A stretch of DNA of 32,000 nt, from positions 1,916,505 through 1,948,504 of the forward strand of contig OY760660.1 of NCBI GenBank assembly GCA_963663995.1, in the 5' to 3' direction. The translations under genes and the position numbers were made by a program. A model generated the notes under the pieces. That model was not told the DNA's origin. It did no database searches and worked only from the letters and a program-made list of their open reading frames with translations. Within the stretch, counting starts at the first letter, position 1. Every line of letters begins with the position of its first letter. Of the stretch, positions 24,433-32,000 are shown in pieces. This DNA comes from Erysipelotrichaceae bacterium. Its GTDB lineage: Bacteria; Bacillota_I; Bacilli_A; Erysipelotrichales; Erysipelotrichaceae.

Positions 24433-24950
24433 TGGATAAAAAGTCACTCCGACACAAACATAAAAAAATCAGAAATGAAAAAGACCGCTTTGAACTTTTA
24501 GAGCGGTCTTTATCGATAACTCAACAAGTGATTGATTTCATCATGCCATATGAATCAGTTGGTATATATATTTCAGTTGATACTGAGGTGAATACACGAG
24601 CGATTATTGAATATTGTTTAGAAAACAATAAACGCGTATGTGTTCCTAAAGTTATTCAAAAAGAAATGATTTTTGTAGATTTAAAATCAATTGATGATTG
24701 CGTTGAAAATAGAGGTCTTATAGAACCTGTTTCAAATGTAAAAGCTGATGATCCTGAGATACAAATTATTCCGATGTTAGCTTTTAATAAGAAACTATAT
24801 CGCTTAGGCTATGGAGGTGGTTATTATGATAAATACCTTTCAAATTATGAAGGATTTAAATGTGGTGTCTGTTATAGTTTTGGAAAAGATGAAACACTGA
24901 TTGAAAGCGATTACGACATTTCTTGCCAAAAAATCATTACAGATAAATAA
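24432..24950 (+). CDS. 5-formyltetrahydrofolate cyclo-ligase
   Basis: 172 aa with the MTHFS C-terminal motif RLGYGGGYYDKYL. A GTG start overlaps the sufB stop by 1 nt. Confidence 0.8.
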   Translation: MDKKSLRHKHKKIRNEKDRFELLERSLSITQQVIDFIMPYESVGIYISVDTEVNTRAIIEYCLENNKRVCVPKVIQKEMIFVDLKSIDDCVENRGLIEPVSNVKADDPEIQIIPMLAFNKKLYRLGYGGGYYDKYLSNYEGFKCGVCYSFGKDETLIESDYDISCQKIITDK

Positions 24951-24964
24951 GACTCCTAGCACAG

Positions 24965-24973
24965 TGCTATAAT
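24965..24973 (+). promoter_or_regulatory. Extended -10 promoter (TGcTATAAT) for the MFS gene
   Basis: TGcTATAAT overlaps the track ATG at 24972, which argues that the real start is the SD-preceded ATG at 24996. Confidence 0.5.
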
Positions 24974-24995
24974 GCATGAAAAGGGGTTTTTTTAT

Positions 24996-26156
24996 ATGAT
25001 AAAACGCAACAACTACTTAATGTTAAAAGTTATGATCTTATTCTTTGTTGTTTTCTTTGGAGCTTATATTCCACTGACACAACGTATTCCATATTTAGCT
25101 TCTATTGGCTACAACTACACTGAAATGAACTTAATCTTTGCAATTCAAGCGGGAGTAGGATTTGTTTATCAGTTTGTTGTTGGATTTATGTGTGACAAAT
25201 ATAAAACAATTAAAAAATTTGTTTTTGGTGCTCAAATTATTGGAACAGTTGGTATTTTCTTAATGTTTACATATACTCAACACCAATTCTTTTATCATTT
25301 AATCTTCATTGCGCTAATTGCGGCATTTATGAATGTTGTTATTGGATTACTAGATGCTTGGGCATTAGAACTCGATCCTGAAATCAAAGAACACTATGGT
25401 GTGGTTCGTGGTATGGGAACCATTGGTTGGATTGTAGGTGGTTTTGTTGTCACTAGAATTCTTGAGAGTTTTGGTTACTCAGCTTTAGGTTTAACTTATA
25501 CAATTATTTCTCTTGTTTTATTATCAACTGCATATTTTGTACGTGATGCAGTTAAAGCACAACATAGTGAACCAATTACCTTAAAAGATATTAAATTACT
25601 CTTGACGAATAAACGTTATGTTTTAATCGTGATGATTTTATTCTTTACCTTTATTTTAACCAATAGTGATGGTTTAATTGTGGTCACTAAGATGGAAGAA
25701 TTTCAAGCCAATGATATGGAAAAGTATCTTCGTTTTGCGATTCAGGCAGTTGCTGAACTTCCGGTTATGTTTTTAGGGGCTTATTTCATGAAGAAATATA
25801 AAGCCATCAATTTATTAATGTTTGCGATTATTATGTATTTTATTCGTTTTGTAGCGTATGCTTTCTCAGATACACCAACACTTATGATTGCGGCATCTTT
25901 AATGCAGTTATTAACTTTCCCGTTTGTCATGATCACATCAAAAGTTTTAGTCTTTGATAATTCACCTGAACATCTAAAATCTTCCGGTCAAATGTTAGGT
26001 ATGGGAATCTATATGGGGATTGGCGCAACAGTTACCCCTTTAATCACTGCATTCTTTATTGAAATGGGTGGTATTGATTTCTCAATGTTAGCTTTAGCCT
26101 CTATTCTAATCATTCCAATTGCGCTGTCTTTTATCTATAAGAAACTAGATGCTTAA
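24996..26156 (+). CDS. MFS transporter (12-TM, LacY/nucleoside-symporter-like)
   Basis: Polytopic hydrophobic protein with two six-helix halves. The start is taken at 24996 (AAAGGGG 8 nt upstream). Confidence 0.75.
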   Translation: MIKRNNYLMLKVMILFFVVFFGAYIPLTQRIPYLASIGYNYTEMNLIFAIQAGVGFVYQFVVGFMCDKYKTIKKFVFGAQIIGTVGIFLMFTYTQHQFFYHLIFIALIAAFMNVVIGLLDAWALELDPEIKEHYGVVRGMGTIGWIVGGFVVTRILESFGYSALGLTYTIISLVLLSTAYFVRDAVKAQHSEPITLKDIKLLLTNKRYVLIVMILFFTFILTNSDGLIVVTKMEEFQANDMEKYLRFAIQAVAELPVMFLGAYFMKKYKAINLLMFAIIMYFIRFVAYAFSDTPTLMIAASLMQLLTFPFVMITSKVLVFDNSPEHLKSSGQMLGMGIYMGIGATVTPLITAFFIEMGGIDFSMLALASILIIPIALSFIYKKLDA

Positions 26157-26214
26157 TCACAAAATTTCACACACTTAAGACACGAATTAGACATATTAAA
26201 TTGTTAAATTATAG

Positions 26215-26344
26215 GTGCAAGATAATTACTTGCCTGTACGAAGAACTCTTCTCTTCAAATAATAATCTCCTTTGAATTAATCGTACAGTATCCTTTCCCC
26301 TTTTGAAAAAGCAGATGAAAAAAGACGTTACAAGCGTCTTTTTT
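26215..26344 (+). ncRNA. Candidate small RNA (orphan structured, terminator-ended intergenic region); strand uncertain
   Basis: 5' hairpin GCAAG-ataatta-CTTGC (26217-26233). Long hairpin CTGTACGA (26234-26241) / TCGTACAG (26281-26288) with a 39-nt CU-rich loop. Single-stranded UAUCCUUUCCCCUUUUGAAAAAG, then a terminator. Only a weak candidate promoter was found: TTAGAC-17-TATAGG at 26187-26215. Confidence 0.3.
26318..26344. terminator. Bidirectional-looking rho-independent terminator
   Basis: AAAAAAGACG-ttacaag-CGTCTTTTTT: a 10-bp stem flanked by A and T runs, 160 nt downstream of the MFS stop. Confidence 0.75.
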
Positions 26345-26414
26345 CATATCTGTGGGTATATCTAGTGTGAAAAGGTAAGTAATGTTTTAAAATGTTGGAA
26401 AAGGAGTTAATCAT

Positions 26415-27041
26415 ATGAAAATAGCTGTTATTGGTGCCAACGGTAGAGTTGGTCAACTCATAATTAATGAAGCATTAGATAAACAATTAGATGTCATTGC
26501 GATTGTTAGAAATGAAAATAAAACGGTATCGAAAGATGCAATCATCAAAGACCTCTTTGATTTGAATAAAGAAGATATAAAAGATGTTGATGTGTTAGTA
26601 AATTGCTTTGGGACTAAAGATGAATCAAAATTTGATGATTTTAAAAATTCGATCGTACATTTGTCAAATCTTATTGAAAATACAGACAAGAGATTAATTG
26701 TTGTAGGTGGAGCAGGTAGTCTTTATTTAGATGAAACATTTAGTAAACAACTTTACCAAAATGATGATTTTCCAGATTTTGTTAGACCAACAGCTGAAGC
26801 TGCTGCAAAAGCATTAGCATACTTAAGAGATAGAAATGATGTTCTATGGACATACATTAGTCCAGCGATAACCTTTGATCACAAAGGAAATAAATTAGGT
26901 ACATATAAAGTGGCAGGAGAAGTCCTAACGTTTAATGATAAAGGTGCAAGTTATATCTCATATGCAGATTATGCTTTAGCATTAGTCGATGAGATCATAA
27001 ATGCTAAATACATCCAAAAACGCATTTCTTTTTATCAATAA
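26415..27041 (+). CDS. NAD(P)H-binding protein (atypical SDR / NmrA-like, YwnB-type)
   Basis: N-terminal Rossmann motif MKIAVIGANGRVGQ. 208 aa. RBS AAAGGAG. Confidence 0.8.
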   Translation: MKIAVIGANGRVGQLIINEALDKQLDVIAIVRNENKTVSKDAIIKDLFDLNKEDIKDVDVLVNCFGTKDESKFDDFKNSIVHLSNLIENTDKRLIVVGGAGSLYLDETFSKQLYQNDDFPDFVRPTAEAAAKALAYLRDRNDVLWTYISPAITFDHKGNKLGTYKVAGEVLTFNDKGASYISYADYALALVDEIINAKYIQKRISFYQ

Positions 27042-27080
27042 CGAAATCTAAATATAGTCATATATTTTAAATCATATATG

Positions 27081-27109
27081 TTGACAAATAATTTAGATAT
27101 TTGTAATAT
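27081..27109 (+). promoter_or_regulatory. Strong sigma-A-type promoter in an intergenic region
   Basis: TTGACA (27081-27086), 17-nt spacer, TAATAT (27104-27109). Confidence 0.6.
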
Positions 27110-27115
27110 AAAGAT

Positions 27116-27237
27116 GGGTTCAGACCCCGAGCATGATTGATTTTCTAATTAACTTCCCCCACCCATCAATTAGAAAATGATCCCCCGATACAATCATTGC
27201 TCTAGCAAAGACATCTTTCCCTAGGTGTCTTTTTTTA
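27116..27237 (+). ncRNA. Candidate ~120-nt C-rich structured RNA (independent sRNA or cis-leader of the Nudix gene)
   Basis: It lies between its own promoter and a terminator (AAAGACA-12 nt-TGTCTTT plus T-run, 27208-27237). Extended hairpin: AUGAUUG (27133-27139)/CAAUCAU (27191-27197) plus UUUUCUAAUU (27141-27150)/AAUUAGAAAA (27169-27178). The 5' GAUGGGU (27113-27119) is complementary to the loop ACCCAUC (27161-27167). There are four C-runs (27125-28, 27156-60, 27182-86, 27219-21). Confidence 0.4.
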
Positions 27238-27252
27238 TGTATAATAAAGTTC

Positions 27253-27768
27253 ATGAAAATTATTGCTGTATATGATGACCCATTTTGGCAAGGTGAGAAA
27301 TTATCAAGTATCCGTTTCACATCACGTGTTTTTCTTCGCAATAAGGATAAATACGCTTTTTTAAAGATTGTTGGTGAAGATGCACTAGGGAAAAGAAACC
27401 ACCTAGAAACTTTAGGTGGTGGTGTTGAAGAAAACGAATCGTTTTTAGAAGCAGCTCATCGAGAAGTCATGGAAGAAGCTGGTGCAATCGCTGAAAATTA
27501 TCGTTGTATTGGTGCAATTATTGATCGCTTAAGTCCAATTGAACGTTTAACTTATAGTTGTTTCTATGTGGCTGAATTAAAATCATTTGATCATGGTTTT
27601 AGTCGTACTGAAGAAGAAAAAATTCTTATCGAAGATATAGTTTGGTTAAGTGCTAAAGAAGCTTTTGAAATTCTAAATAAAGCGGCAAGTGCAGTCGATG
27701 CCTATGTGCATCGAAGAGATTTAACAGCCTTTTTAGAGCTTTTGAAAGATGAGCAAGATAGGGCTTAA
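27253..27768 (+). CDS. NUDIX hydrolase
   Basis: Nudix box GGGVEENESFLEAAHREVMEEAGA. There is no SD, and TG-TATAAT (27238-27245) ends 7 nt upstream of the ATG. Confidence 0.85.
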   Translation: MKIIAVYDDPFWQGEKLSSIRFTSRVFLRNKDKYAFLKIVGEDALGKRNHLETLGGGVEENESFLEAAHREVMEEAGAIAENYRCIGAIIDRLSPIERLTYSCFYVAELKSFDHGFSRTEEEKILIEDIVWLSAKEAFEILNKAASAVDAYVHRRDLTAFLELLKDEQDRA

Positions 27769-28263
27769 ATCATCATCTTCATATTTAAATGATTCAACCA
27801 GTTTAATCGAGTCTTGTTTAAATAAAAAGTCTGAACATGCTAAGTATTCTTCATTACCACCCTTATGTTTGCGATAGAAACATAAAACAAGGTAAGCATT
27901 TTTATTTAATAAAGTAATAGATTTAGTGAAAGCAGTCATACTGCTTTTTGTTTGGGTAATGACATTTGACTTTGAATGCGGTAAATAACCACTATTAAAC
28001 ATAAATGCATCGCAGTTTTGATAGATGTATTGATCAATAAATTCATGTGATTTATTTATAAATACAATATTTTTATAGCCACTACATTTTTCTTTAGCAT
28101 TTATGATTGCTTCTTTTTGGATATCAAAAGCAATGACTGATTTAAAATGTTGTGCACAAAAAAGGGTATCGTTTCCATTACCGCAGGTTAAATCACAGAT
28201 ATTAGCACCTGAGTTTAAATGTGACATTAAGAATTCATGTGCGAAAGTTGTGACACGTTTCAA
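27733..28263 (-). CDS. mnmM: Class I SAM-dependent methyltransferase, YtqB/MnmM-like (tRNA mnm5s2U34 methyltransferase family)
   Basis: Motifs match B. subtilis YtqB as recalled from memory: DLTCGNGNDTLF (DATMGNGHDTQF), FDIQKEAI (FDIQESAV), NKSHEFI and FNSGYLPHSKSNVIT (FNLGYLPGGDKSITT). It is adjacent to a ytqA homologue, as in Bacillus. Confidence 0.75.
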   Translation of the reverse strand: MKRVTTFAHEFLMSHLNSGANICDLTCGNGNDTLFCAQHFKSVIAFDIQKEAIINAKEKCSGYKNIVFINKSHEFIDQYIYQNCDAFMFNSGYLPHSKSNVITQTKSSMTAFTKSITLLNKNAYLVLCFYRKHKGGNEEYLACSDFLFKQDSIKLVESFKYEDDDLSPILLIFQKL

Positions 28264-29258
28264 AGTTTATCTCCTTGATAACGATTATCTTGTGCCATTT
28301 TTTTATCTATATCATTCAATACTTGTGTTTTATTTAGAATCCACTTAGGGGCCAGTAAATGTTCTTTATCATAGTCACCAGTTAAGCGTAAGATGACAAC
28401 TTCTTCTGGGATATGTGCTAATTGTTCTACAATTACATCAACATATTCTTCTTCACTCAATATCTTAAAAGGATTTTTCAAATAATCTTTACCTAAAGCA
28501 GAATCATCTAAAACATTAAGCATATGTAGTTTAATGCCGTATGGTTTTAATTGACCCACTTTCTTTGCATTTTCAATCATCATCTCAACTGTTTCATTTG
28601 GATACCCATTCATTAGATGGACAACAATTTTCAATTTTGAGTTTTCTAGACGTTTATAACCAGCTAGGAACTCATCATATGTGTATCCGCGATTCATGTT
28701 TTTTGCGATTGAATCATGTGTTGTTTGAAGACCAAGTTCTAAATAAACATCTTTGTATTCTGTTAATGATTCTAAATAAAGAATAATTTCATCGTCTAAA
28801 CAATCTATACGAGTCGCAATTGATAAAGCTATCGCATCATCATTGTAAATAAATGGTTCAAAAAGTTCCTTAAGATGGCTTAACGGAGCATAAGTATTGG
28901 TATAGGCTTGAAAGTATGCAATTGCTTTGGCATTTGGCCACTTTTTACGTTGAATATCGATCCCATTTTTAAACTGTTGAAGTAAAGATTCTTTTGTATT
29001 ACCCTGGAAATCACCAGATCCTAAAGCATTACAAAAACGACAACCACCATAGCCTTTTTTTCCATCACGATTAGGGCAGGTAAAGTCAGCGTTTAAACCA
29101 ACTTTGAAGACTTTTTCTTGGTATCGATTCTTTGTATCAAAGCTAAAAGTATGATAGCGTTTGTTGTCATTTGAGTATTTAAACAAGTTCACGCACACAT
29201 TGTAGCATGCATGCTTGCAAAAGTTTGTGCTCATGCGTATACTTGAGTGCGTAAGCAT
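28260..29258 (-). CDS. ytqA: TIGR01212-family radical SAM protein YtqA (MnmL-like); true start probably downstream of 29258
   Basis: Radical-SAM cluster motif CPNRDGKKGYGGCRFCN after the family-typical YSNDNKRYHTF N-terminus. The first ~20-24 codons of the track ORF overlap the divergent leuS promoter and have no RBS. Alternative starts are GTG 29198, GTG 29192 and TTG 29186. Confidence 0.8.
   Translation of the reverse strand: MLTHSSIRMSTNFCKHACYNVCVNLFKYSNDNKRYHTFSFDTKNRYQEKVFKVGLNADFTCPNRDGKKGYGGCRFCNALGSGDFQGNTKESLLQQFKNGIDIQRKKWPNAKAIAYFQAYTNTYAPLSHLKELFEPFIYNDDAIALSIATRIDCLDDEIILYLESLTEYKDVYLELGLQTTHDSIAKNMNRGYTYDEFLAGYKRLENSKLKIVVHLMNGYPNETVEMMIENAKKVGQLKPYGIKLHMLNVLDDSALGKDYLKNPFKILSEEEYVDVIVEQLAHIPEEVVILRLTGDYDKEHLLAPKWILNKTQVLNDIDKKMAQDNRYQGDKL
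29215..29243 (+). promoter_or_regulatory. leuS T-box leader promoter
   Basis: TTGCAA (29215-29220), 17-nt spacer, TATACT (29238-29243). Confidence 0.6.
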
Positions 29259-29468
29259 TGATAGACCTAAGTAAATAAGCGCTTAATAAAGAGAACTGTG
29301 GAAGTGCTGTAACACAGATAAGCAACGATTGAAACTCAGTCTTGAGCATAAAAGTGAAAAGCTTTTACGGATATCGCCGTTAACGATTCAAGTGTATACA
29401 CAAACTGTGTATAAATTAAGGTGGTACCGCGGAGCTCTTCGTCCTTTGTTATGACGTGGAGTTTTTTT
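29250..29468 (+). promoter_or_regulatory. T-box riboswitch leader, Leu specifier (CUC)
   Basis: Conserved T-box sequence AAUUAAGGUGGUACCGCGG (29413-29432). Stem I has the AGAGA motif (29290-29294) and a specifier-loop GAAA-CUC-A (CUC at 29335-29337). Terminator GAGCUCUUCGUC...GACGUGGAG plus U7 (29432-29468). The downstream gene is leuS. Confidence 0.85.
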
Positions 29469-29487
29469 ATTAAAAGGAGAGTATGAA

Positions 29488-31878
29488 ATGAAAGACCATA
29501 GTTCAATAGAAAAAAAGTGGCAAAAATTTTGGGAAGAGAATGAAACATTCAAATGTGATGTTTATGATTTCGATAAACCAAAAGCTTATATCTTAGATAT
29601 GTTTCCATACCCTAGTGGTAATGGACTACATGTAGGGCATCCAGAAGGGTATACCGCGACCGATGTCTTATCAAGAATGCGTCGTATGCAAGGCTATAAT
29701 GTTTTGCATCCAATGGGATGGGATGCGTTTGGTTTACCAGCTGAACAACATGCATTAAATACTGGTAATCATCCTGCAGAATTTACGAAGAAAAATATTC
29801 AAACTTTTAAAAACCAAATTAAGAGTTTAGGTTTATCTTATGATTGGTCAAAAGAATTTGCGACCACAGATCCAGATTATTACAAATGGACCCAATGGAT
29901 ATTCTTAAAACTTTATAATCAGGGCTTAGCATATGTGGATGAAATCCCTGTAAACTGGTGTCCTGAACTTGGGGCTGTTTTAGCCAATGAAGAAGTCATT
30001 GATGGAAAGAGTGAGCGAGGGAATTTCCCTGTTTATCGTGTTCCTATGCGTCAATGGGTTTTGCGTATTACTGAATATGCTGAAAGACTTCTAGAAGATC
30101 TAGAACTCGTTGATTGGCCAACTAGTACAAAAGAAATGCAAATCAACTGGATAGGTAAATCAGTTGGTGCAAATGTTAACTTTAAAGTTAAAGATCATAA
30201 TAAAGAATTCACAGTATTTACAACTCGTTGTGATACTTTATTTGGCGCAACATATTGTGTTTTATCACCTGAACATCCATTTGTTAAAGAGATTACGACA
30301 GCCGATAAAATATCTGAAGTTGAAGCTTATATCAAAGCAGTTTCTACTAAGTCTGATTTAGAAAGAACAGAACTTAACAAAGATAAAACGGGCGTCTTTA
30401 CTGGTGCTTATGCGATTAATCCAGTGAATCAAAAAGAAGTGCCTATTTGGATTTCTGATTATGTCTTAGTTTCTTATGGAACTGGGGCTATAATGGCCGT
30501 TCCTGCACATGATGAGCGAGACTATGAGTTTGCGAAAAAATTTGATTTAGAAATTATTCCTGTTTTGGATGGTGGAAATGTTGAACTTGAAGCTTTTGTA
30601 GGGGATGGATTACATATTAATTCAGATTTCTTAAATGGGTTAAATAAAGAAGATGGTATCGCAACCATGATTGAATGGTTGAAAAAAGAAGGTAAAGGTG
30701 AAGCGAAAACGTCTTATAAGCTTCGTGACTGGATTTTCTCTCGCCAACGTTATTGGGGAGAACCGATTCCTGTTATCTTAATGGAAGATGGGACCCAACG
30801 AACCGTTGATATTGATGAATTACCATTAGAATTACCACTTGTTGATAACTATAAACCAGCTGATACAGGTGAGTCACCACTTGCCAATGCAGGCTCGTGG
30901 TTAGATGTAGAAATTGATGGTGTTAAAGGTCACAGAGAAACCAATACCATGCCTCAATGGGCTGGAAGTTGTTGGTATTACTTGCGCTACTTAGATCCTA
31001 AAAATGATAAAGCAATTGCTGATCCAGAATTGATGAAACATTGGTTACCTGTTGATTTATATGTCGGTGGTGCAGAACATGCTGTGCTTCACTTACTTTA
31101 CTCTCGTTTCTGGCACAAGGTTTTATATGATTGCGGTGTAGTTCCAACAAAAGAACCATTTGGTAAACTCTTCCATCAAGGAATGATTCTGGGTGAAAAT
31201 GGTGAAAAAATGTCGAAGTCACGTGGTAATGTAATTAACCCTGATGATATTTTAGTTACCCATGGTGCAGATGCATTACGTGTCTATGAAATGTTTATGG
31301 GACCACTTGAAGCAACACTACCTTGGTCAAATTCTGGACTTGACGGAACACGTAAATGGATTGAAAGAGTTGAACGTGCCTTTGTTGAACAAGGAAAGCT
31401 TTCAGACACAAATGATCATTCCTTAGATAAGGTTTATCATGCGACCGTTAAGAAAGTTACTCATGATATTGAAACACTGAACTTTAATACAGCTGTCTCA
31501 CAAATGATGATCTTTATTAATGAGTGCTATAAAGTGGAAAGTATTTATAAAGAATATGCCTTAGGATTTGTTAAGATGTTTAACTGTTTTGCCCCTCATA
31601 TGGGTGAAGAGTTATGGTCAGTATTAACTGGCAAAGAAGGGATCACTTATGAACCTTGGCCAAGTTATGATGAGAAATTCTTGATTGAAGATGAAGTTGA
31701 AATGGTGTTCCAAGTCAATGGAAAAATCAAAGCTAAGGCAACCGTTGCCTTTGATGCAGATCAAGCTAGTGTTGAAGAAATTGCGAATAACATAGAAGCA
31801 ATGCAAACAGCATTAGAAGGTAAAACAATTCGAAAGATTATTCACGTTAAAAATAAATTAATTAACTATGTTGTATAA
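29488..31878 (+). CDS. leuS: Leucine--tRNA ligase
   Basis: 796 aa with the HIGH motif ([10 protein letters not shown]), KMSKS (KMSKSRGN) and a CP1 editing domain. RBS AAAGGAGAG. Confidence 0.97.
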   Translation: MKDHSSIEKKWQKFWEENETFKCDVYDFDKPKAYILDMFPYPSGNGLHVGHPEGYTATDVLSRMRRMQGYNVLHPMGWDAFGLPAEQHALNTGNHPAEFTKKNIQTFKNQIKSLGLSYDWSKEFATTDPDYYKWTQWIFLKLYNQGLAYVDEIPVNWCPELGAVLANEEVIDGKSERGNFPVYRVPMRQWVLRITEYAERLLEDLELVDWPTSTKEMQINWIGKSVGANVNFKVKDHNKEFTVFTTRCDTLFGATYCVLSPEHPFVKEITTADKISEVEAYIKAVSTKSDLERTELNKDKTGVFTGAYAINPVNQKEVPIWISDYVLVSYGTGAIMAVPAHDERDYEFAKKFDLEIIPVLDGGNVELEAFVGDGLHINSDFLNGLNKEDGIATMIEWLKKEGKGEAKTSYKLRDWIFSRQRYWGEPIPVILMEDGTQRTVDIDELPLELPLVDNYKPADTGESPLANAGSWLDVEIDGVKGHRETNTMPQWAGSCWYYLRYLDPKNDKAIADPELMKHWLPVDLYVGGAEHAVLHLLYSRFWHKVLYDCGVVPTKEPFGKLFHQGMILGENGEKMSKSRGNVINPDDILVTHGADALRVYEMFMGPLEATLPWSNSGLDGTRKWIERVERAFVEQGKLSDTNDHSLDKVYHATVKKVTHDIETLNFNTAVSQMMIFINECYKVESIYKEYALGFVKMFNCFAPHMGEELWSVLTGKEGITYEPWPSYDEKFLIEDEVEMVFQVNGKIKAKATVAFDADQASVEEIANNIEAMQTALEGKTIRKIIHVKNKLINYVV

Positions 31879-31926
31879 GAAAAGAGGCTGTAACGAATAA
31901 ACAGGCTCAAGAATAGAAGTAAAGGA

Positions 31927-31959
31927 AAAGGTCCAGGCATTACGCTTGGACCTTTTCTT
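31927..31959 (+). terminator. Rho-independent terminator after leuS
   Basis: AAGGTCCAGG-cattacg-CTTGGACCTT followed by TTTCTT. Confidence 0.75.
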
Positions 31960-32000
31960 AGATATAATTTAGTCATGGAAAATATAAATATTCGTCATGA

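Noticed and set aside
24957-24969. 13-bp palindrome TAGCACaGTGCTA overlapping the MFS promoter as a repressor operator
   Set aside because: It is a single short palindrome with no second copy and no adjacent regulator gene, so it is indistinguishable from chance here.
26258-26347. 30-aa minus-strand small ORF (MKKDACNVFFHLLFQKGKGYCTINSKEIII) spanning the terminator and hairpin
   Set aside because: It has no Shine-Dalgarno, its start codon lies inside the terminator stem region, it is not hydrophobic like type I toxins, and the homologous 19-mer in the adhesin leader is not in an equivalent ORF.
27059-27080. AT-only inverted repeat CATATAT-N8-ATATATG just upstream of the 27081 promoter
   Set aside because: Pure AT repeats of this length are expected in AT-rich intergenic DNA, and it does not match the Rex, Fur or PerR consensus sequences I recall.
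27120-27341. 73-aa minus-strand ORF and an 8-codon plus-strand ORF (MGSDPEHD, 27113-27139)
   Set aside because: The minus ORF overlaps the structured RNA and the Nudix start and has no RBS. The 8-codon ORF has no SD and lies in the predicted RNA helices.
4947-31806. Remaining short track ORFs nested in or antisense to long genes (e.g. 4947..5240 -, 5823..6110 -, 6127..6381 -, 7618..7848 +, 8447..8656 -, 9940..10134 -, 13111..13374 -, 13429..13665 -, 14071..14274 -, 15046..15255 -, 16135..16338 -, 18523..18732 +, 19521..19748 -, 21647..21892 -, 22013..22246 -, 26453..26689 -, 28103..28348 +, 28541..28786 +, 29336..29548 -, 30164..30361 +, 30998..31222 -, 31624..31806 -)
   Set aside because: All lie within well-supported conserved genes or the T-box leader. 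They lack RBSs and have shadow-ORF composition.
1-32000. Alternative genetic code (UGA=Trp, Mollicutes-like), considered because of the low GC and Acholeplasma-like glycolipid genes
   Set aside because: Long conserved genes end at TGA (e.g. 10911-10913), all conserved ORFs are intact under code 11, and the tRNA-Trp has anticodon CCA rather than UCA.

Overview
AT-rich Bacillota-type chromosomal segment, read with the standard bacterial code: TGA is a stop (e.g. 10911-10913) and the tRNA-Trp has anticodon CCA. Most of the window is housekeeping. It holds a membrane GDPD phosphodiesterase, a MATE exporter, pyruvate:ferredoxin oxidoreductase and two GT4 glycolipid-type glycosyltransferases, the second fused in frame to a full-length RecX. 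It also holds YhaM, a copZ-copA-csoR copper operon, a HIT/GNAT/PrsA-like minus-strand cluster and sufCDSUB plus a 5-formyl-THF cyclo-ligase. The rest is an MFS transporter, an NAD(P)H-binding protein, a Nudix hydrolase, ytqA/ytqB (mnmL/mnmM-like) and a Leu T-box leader followed by leuS. The most unusual content is at the left end and is absent from the supplied ORF track. A minus-strand ORF of at least 1121 codons (1..3365) runs off the window and encodes a secreted protein with ten ~95-aa tandem cadherin/Ig-like repeats. Its ~390-nt leader carries two tandem copies of a ~100-nt structured element, each with its own intrinsic terminator. Each copy has a GAAA tetraloop hairpin, an 11-nt-type tetraloop receptor and a GGUAAACC...CACAAAG junction, which I read as tandem c-di-GMP-I (GEMM)-like riboswitches. 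Other RNA-level candidates are two orphan structured, terminator-ended intergenic transcripts flanking the 26415 gene. One of them shares a 19-nt exact match with the adhesin leader. Several first genes of transcription units have a -10 hexamer 6-7 nt upstream of the ATG and no Shine-Dalgarno, so they look leaderless. I did not recognise a transposase, integrase, CRISPR array or multi-gene defence system. All family assignments rest on motifs read by eye, not on database searches.
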